The notes below the pieces were generated by a model. The model had not been told where the DNA came from, searched no databases, and worked only from the letters and a program-made list of their open reading frames with translations. From assembly GCA_963826785.1 (NCBI GenBank), contig CAWGYD010000008.1, positions 288,001 to 352,000 of the forward strand: a stretch of DNA of 64,000 nt, read 5' to 3'. This document shows, in pieces, positions 29,205-42,300 of the stretch. Within the stretch, counting starts at the first letter, position 1; each line of letters opens with the position of its first letter. The DNA comes from an uncultured delta proteobacterium. GTDB taxonomy: Bacteria > Desulfobacterota > Desulfobacteria > Desulfobacterales > Desulfosalsimonadaceae. The position numbers and the translations under genes were made by a program.

Positions 29205-31034
29205 TTAAGCGGCACCACGCTTTTCAGATACTTTGCGGTCCGAGATGGAAAGGACCTTTTTGCGCAGGCGGATGACTTTTGGCGTGATTTCGACCCATTC
29301 GTCATCCCGGATGAACTGGATGGCCTTTTCCAGGGTCAGGGGGAATATCGGGGTCAGGGTGACCGCATCATCCTTTCCCGAAGCCCGGACGTTGGTCAAT
29401 TTCTTGGTCTTGCAGGGATTGACGTTCAGGTCGGTCTCCCGGTTGTGCTCGCCCACGATCATGCCCTCGTAGACCTGGTCCCCCGGCAGCACAAACAGCC
29501 GGCCCCGGGGTTCCAGGTTGAACAGGGCATAGGCCACCGCGTTTCCCTGGCGGTCCGAAACCAGGCTTCCCGTGTACCGGTGGGGGAAATCCCCCCGGTA
29601 TGTCTCATACCCGGCATAGGAGGAGTTCATGATCCCGGTGCCCCGGGTGTCGGTGAGAAATTCGTCCCGAAACCCGATCAGCGCCCGGGAGGGCGCTGAG
29701 AACTCCAGCCGGACCCGGCCGTTGTTCTTGTGCGACATGTGGGTCAGATGCGCCTTGCGGCGCAGCAGCTTTTCCGTGACGATCCCCTGGAAGGTTTCAT
29801 CACAGTTGATCAGCAGGTTTTCGATGGGTTCGCATTTTTCACCGTTGATGTTCCGGAAGATCACCTGGGGCCGGCCCACGCACAGTTCGAATCCCTCCCG
29901 GCGCATCTGCTCGATGAGAATGGCCATCTGGAACTCGCCGCGGCCCTTGACCACGAAACTTTCCTTGTCGTCGGATTCCTCCACCTGGATGGAGACATTG
30001 GTGAGGCTTTCCTTGACCAGGCGCTCGCTGATCTTGCTGGACTGGACGAATTTGCCGTCCTTTCCGGAAAACGGACCGGTGTTTTTGGCAAATTCCATGA
30101 ATACGGTGGGCTGATCCACGCTGATCCGGGGAAGCGCCTTGGGGGTTTCCCGGGTGCAGATGGTATCTCCAATGTGGACGTCCTCGATGCCCGACAGAAC
30201 GATGATTTCCCCGGCCGAGACCTCTTCGGCTTCGGCCAGTTCGATTCCCCGGTAAATTTGGAGTTTGGAGATTTTAAGCGGCACCTGGGCGCCGTCTTCG
30301 TGGATGCAGATCAGATCCTTGCGGGAAGCCACCGACCCGTTGACCACCTTGCCGATGGCCAGACGGCCCAGGTAATCCGAATAGCTCAAGTCCGACACCA
30401 GCATCTGGAAGGGTTCGCCCGGGGTGGATTTCGGCGAAGGGATTTCTTTTGCGATCATGTCCAGCAGCAGGTGCAGGTTCTCCGCATGATCCCCCGGTTC
30501 TTTCATGGCCAGCCCTTTTCGCCCCACGGCATAGAGGAGCGGGAAATCGAGCTGCGCGTCGGAGGCGTCCAGATCGATGAGCAGGCTGTAGACGTCGTCC
30601 AGCACTTCTGCGGGGCGGGCATCGTCCCGGTCGATCTTGTTGATCACCACGATCAGCTTCAGGCCGGCGCGCAGGGCCTTGTCCAGCACGAACCGGGTCT
30701 GGGGCAGCGGGCCTTCGGAGGCATCCACCAGCAGGATGGCGCCGTCGGCCATGGAAAGGGCACGTTCCACCTCGCCACCGAAATCGGCGTGGCCCGGCGT
30801 ATCGATGATGTTGATTTTTACATCATTCCACACAATGGCGCAGTTTTTGGCGGCGATGGTAATCCCCCGCTCCCGCTCCAGGTCCATCCGGTCCATGAGG
30901 CGTTCGGCCACTTCCTGACCCTGCCTGAACACTCCGCTCTGGCGGAACATGGCATCCACCAGGGTCGTCTTTCCATGGTCGACGTGGGCGATGATGGCGA
31001 TATTTCGAATCGATTGGTTTTTTGGCGTATTCAT
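29205..31034 (-). CDS. typA: Translational GTPase TypA/BipA
   Basis: [40 protein letters not shown]-like EITP. Confidence 0.97.
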   Translation of the reverse strand: MNTPKNQSIRNIAIIAHVDHGKTTLVDAMFRQSGVFRQGQEVAERLMDRMDLERERGITIAAKNCAIVWNDVKINIIDTPGHADFGGEVERALSMADGAILLVDASEGPLPQTRFVLDKALRAGLKLIVVINKIDRDDARPAEVLDDVYSLLIDLDASDAQLDFPLLYAVGRKGLAMKEPGDHAENLHLLLDMIAKEIPSPKSTPGEPFQMLVSDLSYSDYLGRLAIGKVVNGSVASRKDLICIHEDGAQVPLKISKLQIYRGIELAEAEEVSAGEIIVLSGIEDVHIGDTICTRETPKALPRISVDQPTVFMEFAKNTGPFSGKDGKFVQSSKISERLVKESLTNVSIQVEESDDKESFVVKGRGEFQMAILIEQMRREGFELCVGRPQVIFRNINGEKCEPIENLLINCDETFQGIVTEKLLRRKAHLTHMSHKNNGRVRLEFSAPSRALIGFRDEFLTDTRGTGIMNSSYAGYETYRGDFPHRYTGSLVSDRQGNAVAYALFNLEPRGRLFVLPGDQVYEGMIVGEHNRETDLNVNPCKTKKLTNVRASGKDDAVTLTPIFPLTLEKAIQFIRDDEWVEITPKVIRLRKKVLSISDRKVSEKRGAA

Positions 31035-31267
31035 TTATCTTTCTCAAACTGATTAAATACTGATTGCATTGACAGGCACAGAACCGGAAACCTAATGCCA
31101 AATTTTTAAAATTCAAGGCGGACTGATAAATCGCGCGTAACGATTCCCCGGGAGAAGCATCTTGGCCGGCACGGTTTTTTTTGGCAACCCATGAATCGGA
31201 AAGGGGGTTTATATATGAGGGGGTGTAAAAAGAAAAGGAATAATTTCAGACGATATCAAAAGACAGT

Positions 31268-33115
31268 TCAATTCCGGGCCGTCGGAAGCTCCATCACGAA
31301 CCGGGCCCCCGGGGTGAAATTGGGGTCAAGATACAGCCGGCCGCCGTGCTCCGCTACAATCCCGTAGCTGATGGACAGGCCGAGCCCGGTCCCCTTGCCG
31401 GTCTCCTTGGTGGAAAAAAAAGGGTCGAAAATACGATCGATGAGCGGCAGGGGCACCCCCGTGCCGTTCTCCTCGACAGAAATGCGAAGCAGGTTCTTTT
31501 CGGCGGCCTCCGCCGCCACCCGGATGATTTTTTCGCCCTCGGGACCGTGCGCCTCATTCACCGCATCCCGGGCGTTGGTCAGCAGGTTCAAAATCACCTG
31601 CTGGATCTGCTGCTTGTTGCAGTTGACCAGCGGGAGATCCTCGGAGACATCGATATTCAGGGCAATATCATCATTTCGCATGACCGCGCGGACCAGGGGA
31701 ATCACGCCATATACCATATCATGCGGTGAGGTGTCGGCTTTGAGTTTTTTTTCCCTGCGGGCAAAAGAGAGAAGATCGGTGATCAGTTCATGCACCCGTG
31801 TGGTCTCGCGCTGGATTTTTCGGGCAAAATCGGCGATCCGGCTGTCATCTCCGGCGCTTTCCTCGATGAGCTGCGCATATCCGGAAATGCCCATGATGGG
31901 GTTGTTCACCTCGTGGGCGATACCGCTGGCCAGAAAACCGATGTCCTCCATTTTCTGCTGCTGCCGCAGCCGCATCTCGGACAGCTTCTCGCGGGTGATA
32001 TCCTCATAGGTGCCGAGAACCCCGATGATGTCATTTGCGCTGTTTCGAAGCGGCACCTTGCTGGTCCGGAGAATGGTTCGCTTCCCCTGGCGGGTCTGGG
32101 ATTCTTCATAACGCAACCGGGGTCCGCCGCTTCCGATCACGGCGGCGTCATCGGCACGGTACTTTTCGGCTTCCATGCTCCAGGGCATGTCGAAATCCGT
32201 TCGGCCGACAATATCTGAAACACAAGCCAGCCCCGCATCTTTGGCAAAAAGCCGGTTGCATCCGATGTAATTTAAGCCGGTGTCCTTCCAGAAAACCCGC
32301 ACCGGAATGGTATCGAGCACCAGGCGCAGCATGGCCTGGGCTTCCTGCAGGGCGATGCGCGTCTGTTCCCGGTCCGTCACATCCTGGACCATGGAGATAT
32401 AGCCGAAAAAGGTGCCGTCTGCGGCGATCATGGGCGTGTTGCTCCATTCACACGTGATGTTCCGGCCGTCTTTGGTGATATTCTGGTTGATGATGTGGGC
32501 ATCCATGGCCCCCTGGTACAGTCGACGCTCTATCCCCTCGACAGCGGGCCGGGCACTCTCGGGAACCACCGTATCATAGGGAGATTTGCCCAGTATCTCC
32601 TCCCGGGAGAACCCGAAAATGGATTCTGCAGCCGGGTTGATATAGCCGAAGGTGAAATCCGGGTTGACCACGAAACATCCGATGGGCATACGATTGAGTA
32701 TCAGTTCGAGCAGTTCGGCCGTCCGCGCCTTCTGGGACGCCAGCTGCAGCTGCCGCTGTTCCGAAAGGGTTTTTTCGGTGATGTCGATGCTTTGTACGGC
32801 AAGACGCCGGACATTCCCCTCTTCATCCAGGATGGGATAGATGTGGTTGTCGATGATCCGGTTTCCCCGGCGGTCTTCAAAGCGCACCGGCATTCGCGCC
32901 CGGACCGCAGCGTCCACATGGGCTTTGCGGAACCGGGCCATGTTCTCCGGAAAAAAACGGTAAATGGGAGAACCGATCAGGCGGGTGAAGTCGACCCCCA
33001 GCCGCCGGGCCAGTGACCGGTTGGCGGCAAGGACCATCCCGTCGGCATCGATCATGAACACGGCATCATCATTTAAGTCCACCAATGCATGCCATATGGC
33101 ATTTCGCGGCTTCAT
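31268..33115 (-). CDS. Cytoplasmic sensor histidine kinase with three PAS domains (NtrB-like)
   Basis: AHEVNNP, NLLTNARDA, FDPFFSTK, GTGLGL. Confidence 0.9.
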   Translation of the reverse strand: MKPRNAIWHALVDLNDDAVFMIDADGMVLAANRSLARRLGVDFTRLIGSPIYRFFPENMARFRKAHVDAAVRARMPVRFEDRRGNRIIDNHIYPILDEEGNVRRLAVQSIDITEKTLSEQRQLQLASQKARTAELLELILNRMPIGCFVVNPDFTFGYINPAAESIFGFSREEILGKSPYDTVVPESARPAVEGIERRLYQGAMDAHIINQNITKDGRNITCEWSNTPMIAADGTFFGYISMVQDVTDREQTRIALQEAQAMLRLVLDTIPVRVFWKDTGLNYIGCNRLFAKDAGLACVSDIVGRTDFDMPWSMEAEKYRADDAAVIGSGGPRLRYEESQTRQGKRTILRTSKVPLRNSANDIIGVLGTYEDITREKLSEMRLRQQQKMEDIGFLASGIAHEVNNPIMGISGYAQLIEESAGDDSRIADFARKIQRETTRVHELITDLLSFARREKKLKADTSPHDMVYGVIPLVRAVMRNDDIALNIDVSEDLPLVNCNKQQIQQVILNLLTNARDAVNEAHGPEGEKIIRVAAEAAEKNLLRISVEENGTGVPLPLIDRIFDPFFSTKETGKGTGLGLSISYGIVAEHGGRLYLDPNFTPGARFVMELPTARN

Positions 33116-33239
33116 CCGGCAGATGCATCCTTCTTTTGAAATTGATGGAAATCATCAGAGGCACATAAACCATAACCCCGCATAGCCCTGCCGGCAAACC
33201 GCTTTGGTCCGCGCACAGCCGGTCAAAATTGCCCGGCAT

Positions 33240-33704
33240 TCAGGAAGCGGCAGCTGCCCGGCGCATGATCATCGTGGGGAATCCGGCATGGTTGAGCCCG
33301 GCCGGATGGTGGTCGAAAAAGCCGAAGGCCTTGTATAGCCGGCGCGCGGGGCGGCCATCGGGAACACTCTTATCAAACGTCTGGACGGTTATGGCCCGTG
33401 ACGCGCTGAGATGCCGGATGGCCGTCGACAGCAGCGCCCGGCCGTATCCCCTGCCCCGGTATGGCAGGGATACCGCCATCCAGGAAATTTCATTGAATTC
33501 CCGGGAAATCACGATTCCGCCCGCCAGCCGGCCCTCGGGGGGCCCCGGTGCCCGGATGCAAAATGCGTTTGCCGCCATGACCGCCAGCCGCAGGATGGGC
33601 AGAAACCCCCTGCTTTCGATCATGGGACCGAACAGCGGCTCTACTTCCCGGGCCAGGGCCAGCCAGCCCTCAATCTCTTCAAGCGACGAGACCGTCACTT
33701 CCAT
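33240..33704 (-). CDS. GNAT-family acetyltransferase
   Basis: AVSLPYRGRGYGRALL, ARRLYKAFGF; start reassigned to MEVTV. Confidence 0.8.
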   Translation of the reverse strand: MEVTVSSLEEIEGWLALAREVEPLFGPMIESRGFLPILRLAVMAANAFCIRAPGPPEGRLAGGIVISREFNEISWMAVSLPYRGRGYGRALLSTAIRHLSASRAITVQTFDKSVPDGRPARRLYKAFGFFDHHPAGLNHAGFPTMIMRRAAAAS

Positions 33705-33828
33705 TGCTTCCACCCCTCCCGTTCTGTCATCGTCAGCCATATGGAAATCTTGAAATTCTTTTAAACTGCCGCTAATCTTCTCATGATTTATCATTTTATA
33801 AAAACTGTCCACCGGGTGCGCATATGCC

Positions 33829-34578
33829 ATGAATGAAATCTATGCCCTTCTGATCCTGTTTGCCGTGGGAAACATCGCCGGGTTTATCAACGTGACCGCG
33901 GGCGGCGGCTCAACGCTGAGCGTGCCGGTGCTGATTTTTTTGGGACTGGATGCAGCCGTGGCCAACGGCACCAATCGGGTGGCCATCTGCATTCAGAACA
34001 TATCGGCGGTCTACTCCTTCAAGCGGGAAAAATACCGGCAGTTCAAGCTCAGTGCGAAACTGGCCCTGCTCACCCTGCCGGGATCCATTGCCGGTGCCTT
34101 CCTGGCCATAGATATCAGCAATTCCCTGTTTGAAAAGATACTGGGCATCGTGATGATCGGGATCATCGTTTCGATGATCCTGCCCCGCCCCAAACGGGCG
34201 CCGGACAACACCGAAAGCAAGGAATTCACCTGGCCGGTGGTCCTCTCCATGTTCCTGATCGGCTTTTACGGCGGATTCATCCAGGTCGGGGTCGGTTTTC
34301 TCCTGATGGCGGCCTTAAACCAGCTTCTTCGATTTGACCTGGTCCATGTGAACATGCACAAGGTGTTCATCGTTTTGATATACACCATCCCCGCCCTGCT
34401 GATCTTCGTCTTCACCGGAAACGTCCGCTGGTCCTTCGGCCTGAGCCTGGCTGCCGGCAACGCCCTCGGCGGATGGTGGGCGGCCAAGGTTTCGGTGAAA
34501 AAGGGCGAGCGGCTGATCAAGACCGTCCTGGTCATCGCCATCCTGATCATGTCGTTGAAGCTGCTGAATTTATTTTAG
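33829..34578 (+). CDS. Sulfite exporter TauE/SafE family
   Basis: AGGGSTL..P, ANGTN, GFYGGF..G.G. Confidence 0.9.
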   Translation: MNEIYALLILFAVGNIAGFINVTAGGGSTLSVPVLIFLGLDAAVANGTNRVAICIQNISAVYSFKREKYRQFKLSAKLALLTLPGSIAGAFLAIDISNSLFEKILGIVMIGIIVSMILPRPKRAPDNTESKEFTWPVVLSMFLIGFYGGFIQVGVGFLLMAALNQLLRFDLVHVNMHKVFIVLIYTIPALLIFVFTGNVRWSFGLSLAAGNALGGWWAAKVSVKKGERLIKTVLVIAILIMSLKLLNLF

Positions 34579-34736
34579 AAGAGGCTACTTTGCGGTCTTT
34601 GCGGTCGACTTAGACTTCTATTGAATAATTCATTTTTCATTTTGTCTTCCCTGGAAAGACTGCCGGAATGACGAATTGATGTTCGCTCACAAGGAGAACG
34701 ACAAATTAGAAGGTAACATCCCCCTCATTAAGTTAG

Positions 34737-34776
34737 CCCCTCCAGGGGGGAATTAAAGGGGGAGTGTCCCCCCTCT
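34737..34776. repeat. Single unit of the G-rich REP-like family
   Basis: CCCCTCCAGGGGGGAATTAAAGGGGGAGTGTCCCCCCTCT. Confidence 0.6.
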
Positions 34777-35049
34777 GGATCATGAAAGATATGACTGGTC
34801 TCCTAACGAGCGCGGGCAGGTATCGGCCTGCATTTCCGTCTGCTGCAGGATGCCTGGTCTCCTGGCGGGCGCGGGGACAGGGGTCCGGCAGGCGAGATTG
34901 GAGATTTTTGCAATAGAATCCACTGGCCAATGATCAATCGATGCTAAACTCGAAAAATCCAACATGTCAATCCGCCCCGCCCTGCAAAAATATCCTGAGC
35001 GGCCGGATTCCTGCCCCCGTGCCCGCCAGCCACAAGCGCTGCCAAAAAG

Positions 35050-37261
35050 TCAATTCTCGGAAGCCGGATTCAACGCATTTGCAAGGGCTTCCACCGTCCG
35101 TCGTTGAACGAATTCCCCCACCGCGGCAAATATCCGCTCCGATCCCTCGCCATTGATGATACCGTGCCGGTCCGTATTGACCATCAGGTACTCCTTATCC
35201 GTCGAGGCGATCTTCTTGAAAATTTTCAGCGACCCTTCAAATGCCACCACCGGGTCGGCATAAGACTGGATGATCAGTGCGGGAATGGTAATTTTATCGA
35301 GCCTGGGCGCAAGTTCATCCATCCGCTTTTCCATCTCCATGATGCCGGAAAGTGGATTGCGGACATAATTGATGTGGGGGTTTTCGGGATTGTTTTCGAT
35401 GAACTGCTTGCCGGCCGCTTCAAAATTGAGCTTCTTCATCAATCGATTCCAGAAATTAACCGCCGGAACCAGACGGGCGGAAAAGTCCTGCAGCTTCATG
35501 GGCGGCGCGATGGCAAACACACCGGAAATGCCTTCCACCCGGGTACACAGGTCCAGGGCCAGTCCGGCCCCGAAGGAAAAACCGCCCGCCACCACCTTCC
35601 GGCAGAGGGTTCTCATGATCACGAATCCCTCGTCCACGGAATCGACCCACTCCAATTGCCGCCGGACCGCCAGATCTTCCGGAGACGTGCCGTGCCCTTT
35701 CAGCCGGGGGCAGTAAACCCAGTATCCCAGGCCCGCCAGATGCTCGGCCAGGGCGCGCACCTCCAGGGGGGCGGCCATGTACCCGTGGACCAGAACGACC
35801 CCGACGTCTTTGAACCGGCCCGGAAGCAGAAACGGCGCGCCCACCTCTTTCCCCTTGCTCTCGCCTTGGATGCCGAATATCTGGTAATCTTTTTCAAAAT
35901 CAAACCGGGCTTTTTCCAGCAGATGGCGTCTCAGACGGTAGCGGATCCGCAGGGCCGGCTGGCGGGCCAGCGATTTGAGTTCCGCCTGCAGCCGGACCAG
36001 CGGCTCGATTTCGTTTGCCGCCACCGCCACCGGGTTTTCGACCCGCACCTGGTGGAAATCGGATGTTTCATCAAAATCGAATGCCTTGACCAGCGTTTCC
36101 CCTTTTTGGGTCAGCACTCCTTTTTCCAGGGCCAGATTCTAAAAAATTCATCATTTTGCCGTGCCGGTCGTCCGTCAACAGCCCCACCGGATTCTGGGCC
36201 AGGCTGTCATGCCGGTAAATGCCCAATCTGTCGAAATTGATGGTGGAAGCGGCCAGGTATGTCCGGTGCCGCAGATCACGGGCGTCGATATGGTGCTCCG
36301 GCATGTATTTGAGAAGGGTGGCCAGGATGTGGTCATGATTGACCGTGGTCATGCGGTAAATGGCGGACATGTAGCGCTCCATGATGCGCCGGACGGTCTT
36401 CTGCAGCATGGGCCGGCTGGGAATGGGTTCATCGAAGCCGATGGGGCGGGGATTTGAAATGTCGGCCATGGCCGCATGACTTTTGAGATAAGCCCCCACC
36501 CGGATGGGCTCGCCGAACCGGATATCCACATCCACCCCGGAAAGGAGCATGCTCCCCTCGGTCATGATCTCCTCCACCGCCCGTTCGGTCATCTCGCCCA
36601 TGACCAGCTCGGCCAGCCGATTGATATTGTTCTCCCGCGCCCGCAGCGGATAATAGGTCAGATTGACCGGCACGATGAAGGTTTCATGGTGCAGCACCGG
36701 GGAAAGGTCCTCGATTTTAAACATGTTCCGCAGCCGCTCGGCTTCTTCCGGGGCCGAGGCGAGCATCCGGCGCAGCCGCTCCCGGTAGAATTCCGTGCGC
36801 AACGCCACCGTGGCCGCTCCCGTATGCGGCGGATGCACCCCCTCCGGGGACACGATGGCAAAGCGGTTCCCTTTTTTCCCGTCCGCATCATACACCTTCT
36901 TGTTCTTGACCATGCGGCCTTCCGGAAAGACGATCCAGGCCGCTTCATTGGTCAGCAGCGTTTTCACCATCAGCAGGTCCCGGTCCGGATTTCGCGTGGA
37001 AACAGCCCCGAGATTCTCTAAAAGCGCTGCCAGACCGCCGGCGAAAAGTCCGTGATCCGCCAGGCTCCAGACGGCCTTGCGGGTAATCCGGTTGATGAAA
37101 TAGGGAAGAAAAATGGTTTCGATGCGGGTGAAGTGGTTGATGACAAACACCAGGGCGCCTTCGGGGATGTTTTCCTCTCCGTGAATTCTGAAATTGGCCC
37201 GGGTCAGGCTGGAAAGGGCTTTTACGGCGTACCCGGCGGTGCGATAGGCATAAGGGTTCAT
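35050..37261 (-). CDS. Acyltransferase (PlsC/GPAT-like) fused to an alpha/beta carboxylesterase; frameshift near 36130
   Basis: NHFTRIE and FPEG in ORF 36071; VHGY, GHGT, GFSFG, DPVV and HGII in ORF 35050. Confidence 0.75.
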
Positions 37262-37373
37262 GGGCGGCTCCTGGTGGGGGAAAAATCAGTTATGAAATGG
37301 TTATACGTGAAACAGGCAAGGGGGTCAATTCATGAAACGCGATCCGCACCGGGCTGTTGGGCCAAAAATCAGA

Positions 37374-38957
37374 TCAAACCGCCTGAGCATTGGGCGGGAT
37401 CAGGCTCATGGCCCGCTCGGTGATGGCGGTGATGCTCAGGGACGGATTGACGCCCGGGTTGGCCGAAATCATGGACCCGTCGCACACATACATGTTCTTG
37501 TAGCCGAACACCCGGTTGTCCCTGTCGATCACGCCGCTGGATCGGTCCTCCCCCATCACGGCGCCGCCCAGGATGTGGGCCGTGGTAGGGATGCCGAACA
37601 GGGTTTCGGTGAGCAGCACCATGGGTTTACCATTGACGATCCGGGCATACTTTTCCGAAAGGTCCCGGGCTTCCGGGATAAAGGCGGTGGGCGGACCGCC
37701 CCGGTCCAGGGCGGATTTCATCAGGCCGAAGCGCCCCCGAACGAACCGAAGGGTGCTGTCCAGGGAGCGCATGTAGAGCAGAATCTGGGTTTTTCTGGAC
37801 CAGTCGCTGACGAAAAATGCCCGAAAATTGGACACCGGATGGCGGATAATGTCGAGCACGATCTTTCCCAGCCGCTCAAATATGTTCCTCCCGCTGATCA
37901 TGGGTGACATGAGCAGCCGCCAGATGCCGCTTCCGGCCGGGTAGCGCACCGGCTCCAGATGGCTGTGGGGATCGGTATTCAAAATGGAGCTGATGGCCAC
38001 CCCATCTGAAAAAACCCGGTCCCGGTCAAAGGTGGTGACCCCCACCAGGCTTTCCGAATTGGTGCGGATTTCCCGGCCCACCATCTCCGAAAGTGCCGGC
38101 AGTGAGGACGCCTTGAGCTTGAGCAGCAGGTCCACCGTGCCCAGCACACCTCCGGCAAACACCACGTTTTTTGCCGTAAAAACCCCCCTTTTGCCGAAAA
38201 ACCGGGTGGAAGATTTGTATCTCACTTTGTATCCGTCCCCGCCGTCTGCGGCACCCATCGGGGACACATCATAGACCCTCGATTCGGCAAGGATCTTCGC
38301 ACCATGCGCCCGGGCCAAATACAGGTAGTTCTTGTCCAGGGTGTTCTTGGCGTTGAACCGGCACCCGAGCATGCACCCCCCGCAGAAGATGCAGCCGGCC
38401 CGGTCCGGCCCCCTGCCGCCGAAATACGGATCGGAAACGGTCTTTTCCGGCTCGCCGAAATAGACGGCTGCGGTGGTGGGATAAAATTCGTCGGACTTGC
38501 CGATCTGCGCAGCCAGTTCTTTTAAGGCCAGGTCCCCGGTCTCCAGGCGGGGACAGACCGCCGCGCCCCGCATGGCCAGCGCGGTTTCGTAAAAGCCTTT
38601 GAGTTCGGTCTCCCAGTCGGCCAGATTCCCCCACGAACCGGAGTTGAAAAAGGCCGGCCGGGGAACAGGCATGGTATTGGCATACACCAGAGACCCGCCG
38701 CCCACGCCGACACCCGACAAAACGGCCACATGCCGGAAGAAAGTCATCTTGAACAGGCCGAAAAACCGAAAAATTGGCAGCCACAGCCATTTTTTCACGT
38801 TCCAGTTGGATTTGGGGAAATCTTTCTCTTTCAGCCACTTTCCCTTTTCCAGCACCAGCACCGAATACCCTTTTTCGCTCAGGCGCAGTGCGGACACGGA
38901 ACCGCCGAACCCGCTGCCGATAATGATATAGTCGTAATCGAATTGGTTTTCCATCAT
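37374..38957 (-). CDS. GMC oxidoreductase, cholesterol oxidase (ChoD)-like
   Basis: IIGSGFGGSV, GVGGGSLVYAN, CIFCGGCMLGC, TAHILGG, NPGVNPSLSI. Confidence 0.88.
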   Translation of the reverse strand: MMENQFDYDYIIIGSGFGGSVSALRLSEKGYSVLVLEKGKWLKEKDFPKSNWNVKKWLWLPIFRFFGLFKMTFFRHVAVLSGVGVGGGSLVYANTMPVPRPAFFNSGSWGNLADWETELKGFYETALAMRGAAVCPRLETGDLALKELAAQIGKSDEFYPTTAAVYFGEPEKTVSDPYFGGRGPDRAGCIFCGGCMLGCRFNAKNTLDKNYLYLARAHGAKILAESRVYDVSPMGAADGGDGYKVRYKSSTRFFGKRGVFTAKNVVFAGGVLGTVDLLLKLKASSLPALSEMVGREIRTNSESLVGVTTFDRDRVFSDGVAISSILNTDPHSHLEPVRYPAGSGIWRLLMSPMISGRNIFERLGKIVLDIIRHPVSNFRAFFVSDWSRKTQILLYMRSLDSTLRFVRGRFGLMKSALDRGGPPTAFIPEARDLSEKYARIVNGKPMVLLTETLFGIPTTAHILGGAVMGEDRSSGVIDRDNRVFGYKNMYVCDGSMISANPGVNPSLSITAITERAMSLIPPNAQAV

Positions 38958-39338
38958 GATCCCCTTATTTTGCGTCCATCCGGAAATGAGATCATCGCTT
39001 CAAGTTCAAGGAAGGCGAAAATCGGACGGGCAAATCAGCTGTTTATGGATGCACACGATTCAAAACGCGCCATAACCTCAAAATAATCATCGGATGAACG
39101 GACAACCACCGCCGATGAAGAGTTTCCATGCGGTGTTATTGTGGCGATACGTACGGCTCATTCTTCTAATTTCGGAAAATGCGAATCGTTTATGGTTTGA
39201 TTAAATATTCATTGCAAATTCAGTTAAATGAAATGATAATTATTATTCGGCGTTCAAGTGGGACCTGATTTTCAACTTTTTCAAGACATGCCGAAAGTCC
39301 GTCATTGAAAGAAAAAACCCCCGGGGGGAGGGACTTGC

Positions 39339-42300
39339 ATGGAGCAGTTTTTCAATCTTTCCGTAGACATGCTTGGCATCGTTTCAGCAGGAGACGGGAG
39401 TTTCAAGCGCGTCAATCCCGCCTTTTGCCGCACGCTCGGCTGGAGTGAACAAGACCTGCTGTCGATGCGGCAAAAAGACCTGATCCATCCTGAAGATCTC
39501 GCCATTTATCAGCATATCATATCGGATTTACTCCCGGGCAAACAACCTGAACAATTTGAATTCCGGCTGCGCTGCAAGGATGGCGCCTATAAACTGGCTG
39601 CATGCAGCATCACATCCGACCCGGACAGAGGGCTCATGTTCTGTGTATGCAGGGACATGACCCAGGAGAAAGCGGCAGAAAGATCAAAAAATGCGGAAGC
39701 GGCGCTTCGGGATATGGGTAAAAAATACCGGCTTCTTGCTGAGAATACTGCGGATGTCATCTATAAGCTGCGGATAGAAGATCAAAAGTGCGTATATGCA
39801 AGTCCTTCTATTGAAAGGTTGCTGGGCTACACGCCGGAAGAGGCGCTTTCCCTCTCTGTTCAGGAGGTTATGCCTCCGAAATCCTATGAAACCCAATTGG
39901 TGAAATTATCGGAGGCCATCGCAAGCAACAGTAGAGATTTCGAGATCCTGGAGCTTGAAATGATTCATAAGGATGGCCATATCGTGCCCGTTGAAATCAA
40001 CGTCAGTCTGATATTTGATGATTACGGCCGTCCCATAGAAATTCAAGGCATCTGCCGCGACATAACTGAGCGGAAGCGGGCTGAAACTGCCCTCCGACAG
40101 AACGAGGCCACCCTGCGCACCTTTATCTCCGAATGCCGGGATGGCATCATCATGATCAACCGGCAGGGAAAGATCGTGGAGTGGAACAGAGGGGAGGCGC
40201 TGATCACCGGCATTTCCCGGGAGGCGGCCATGGGTCAATACCTGTGGGACATCCAAAACTTGCTGGCGCCTGAAGCGATAAGATCCGCCGCCTATGTGGA
40301 AGCGGCCCGTGAAAAAATCATGAGAGGATTTGAGGAAGGGACCCGCTTAAAACGGTTCATCGAGGAAGAAATCGAACGTCCCGACGGCACCCGCCGCGAT
40401 GTGCATTCCAACCTCTTCGCCATCCAAATCGGGGGGTCGCTTCTCGCCTGCGGCATCTGCAGGGATGTAACCCACCTAAAACATGTTGAGGAAGAGCTCA
40501 GGCAAAGCGAAAAAAAATATCGCGACCTGCTGGACAATATGAACGAGGTTCTTTTTGTCCTCGACCGGTCGGGCAGGGTTTCTTTTGTCTGTTCAGCTGT
40601 TTCCCGATTGGCGCAATACAACCCGTCAGAAGTCATCGGTCATTTTGCAGAAGATTTTATCTATAAGGAAGACCTCCCGCGATTCAGAAAAAACTTTAAA
40701 GCCGCACTGGAAGGAAAGAAATCAACCGAGAATCAATATCGAATTGTAACCGGGACAGGGGATATCAAGTGGGTGGAAACATCCACCCGACAGGTGTATG
40801 CGGGCATCGAAATCACGGGCGTTCAAGGTTTGTTTCTGGACATTACCGAGCGGAAGCGGGCTGAAGAAGCGCTCAAAGAAAATGAAGAGCGGTTCCGGGC
40901 GGTCTTTGACAATGCGGCCGTGGGCATGGCGCTTGTTGATCTGGCGGGCCATATTCTAAAGGTAAATGAGGCATTCTGCGGATTTTTAGGTTATGCGCCC
41001 CAAGAACTGGCCAACATGCACTTCTCTGAAATAACCCATCCCGAGGACTTGGAAACAGATGTAAAATTGGCCCAGGAGCTGATCGGGGGCGCCAGGGACA
41101 GCTATATGCTGGATAAACGGTATTTGCGGAAAAACGGCGAAGTGGTGTGGGGCCGGTTGGGAGTGTCTATCATCAGAGACGGCGGCGGTTCACCCATGTA
41201 TGGCCTCGGGACCTGCGAGGATATTACCGCACGCAAGGCGGCTGAAGATAATTTGAAGCACCTGAATGAATTTCTTGAACAGCGGGTGGCCGAGCGCACC
41301 GCCGAGGCGGAGCAGCGGGCCGAGGCCCTGCGGCAGCTGGCCCTGGAACTTTCAGGGGCGGAGGACCTGGAGCGCCGCCGCATCGCCATGATCCTCCATG
41401 ACGATCTGCAGCAGTATCTGGCTGCTATCCGGTTCCGGCTGAGCAGCCTGATCCGGGATACACAGGCTGATCCGAAAACCGCCCAACGGCTTTTCTCTGC
41501 GGAGTCTCTTCTTATTGAGAGCATTCAGAAGTGCCGGAGCCTGTCCCATGAGCTTTCTCCACCCGTCCTTCACCAGAATGGGTTAATTGCTGCCCTGGGA
41601 TGGCTTTCCAAGGACATGGGCGAAAAGCATGGACTGGAGGTGGCTCTTCATACCGAACCTGGCGCAGAACCCGTCTCTCCGAGGCTTGCTTCGGCTCTGT
41701 TCCGATCCATCCGCGAGCTTCTGTTCAATATCGTCAAGCATGCCGGAACCGATCGCGCCGAAATCCATGTGAATGCTAAAACTGGTCAAATTCAATTCGG
41801 GTGAGTGATCCGGGAAGCGGGTTCGATGTTGATCAGATCCGAAGCCGGCAATTCGGCAAGGTCGCTTTCGGGCTTTTCAACGTGGAGGAACGAATCCGTT
41901 TTTTGGGCGGCACCTTTCGCATTCGGAGCACCCCCGGGGAAGGGACGCAAATTGACATCCGCGCACCCAACCGGCCGGCCCAATCGGAAAAAATCGGTGG
42001 TTTGGAAATCGATCTTGTGGAAAAATCCGGAGAAGGATTCAGGCAGGACCAAAGAGGCAAAATCCGAATTCTTCTGGCCGACGATCACGCCGTCATGCGC
42101 GACGGGCTGTCCGGTATTTTGGGGAATCAGCCGGATCTGGAGGTGGTTGCCCAGGCTAAAAACGGATTAGAAGCCGTTCAAATGGCGGACCAGACGGAAC
42201 CCGATGTGATCCTGATGGATATTTCAATGCCTAAAATGGACGGCATTGCCGCCACGGAAGAGATTTTAAAAAGACACCCCGGAACCCGCATCATCGGCCT

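Noticed and set aside
31035..31260. Possible riboswitch or leader RNA upstream of typA
   Set aside because: No recognisable conserved aptamer motif by eye; an Rfam search would be needed
41802..41804. TGA as selenocysteine or programmed readthrough in the hybrid kinase
   Set aside because: The continuation is in a different frame, so a single indel explains it
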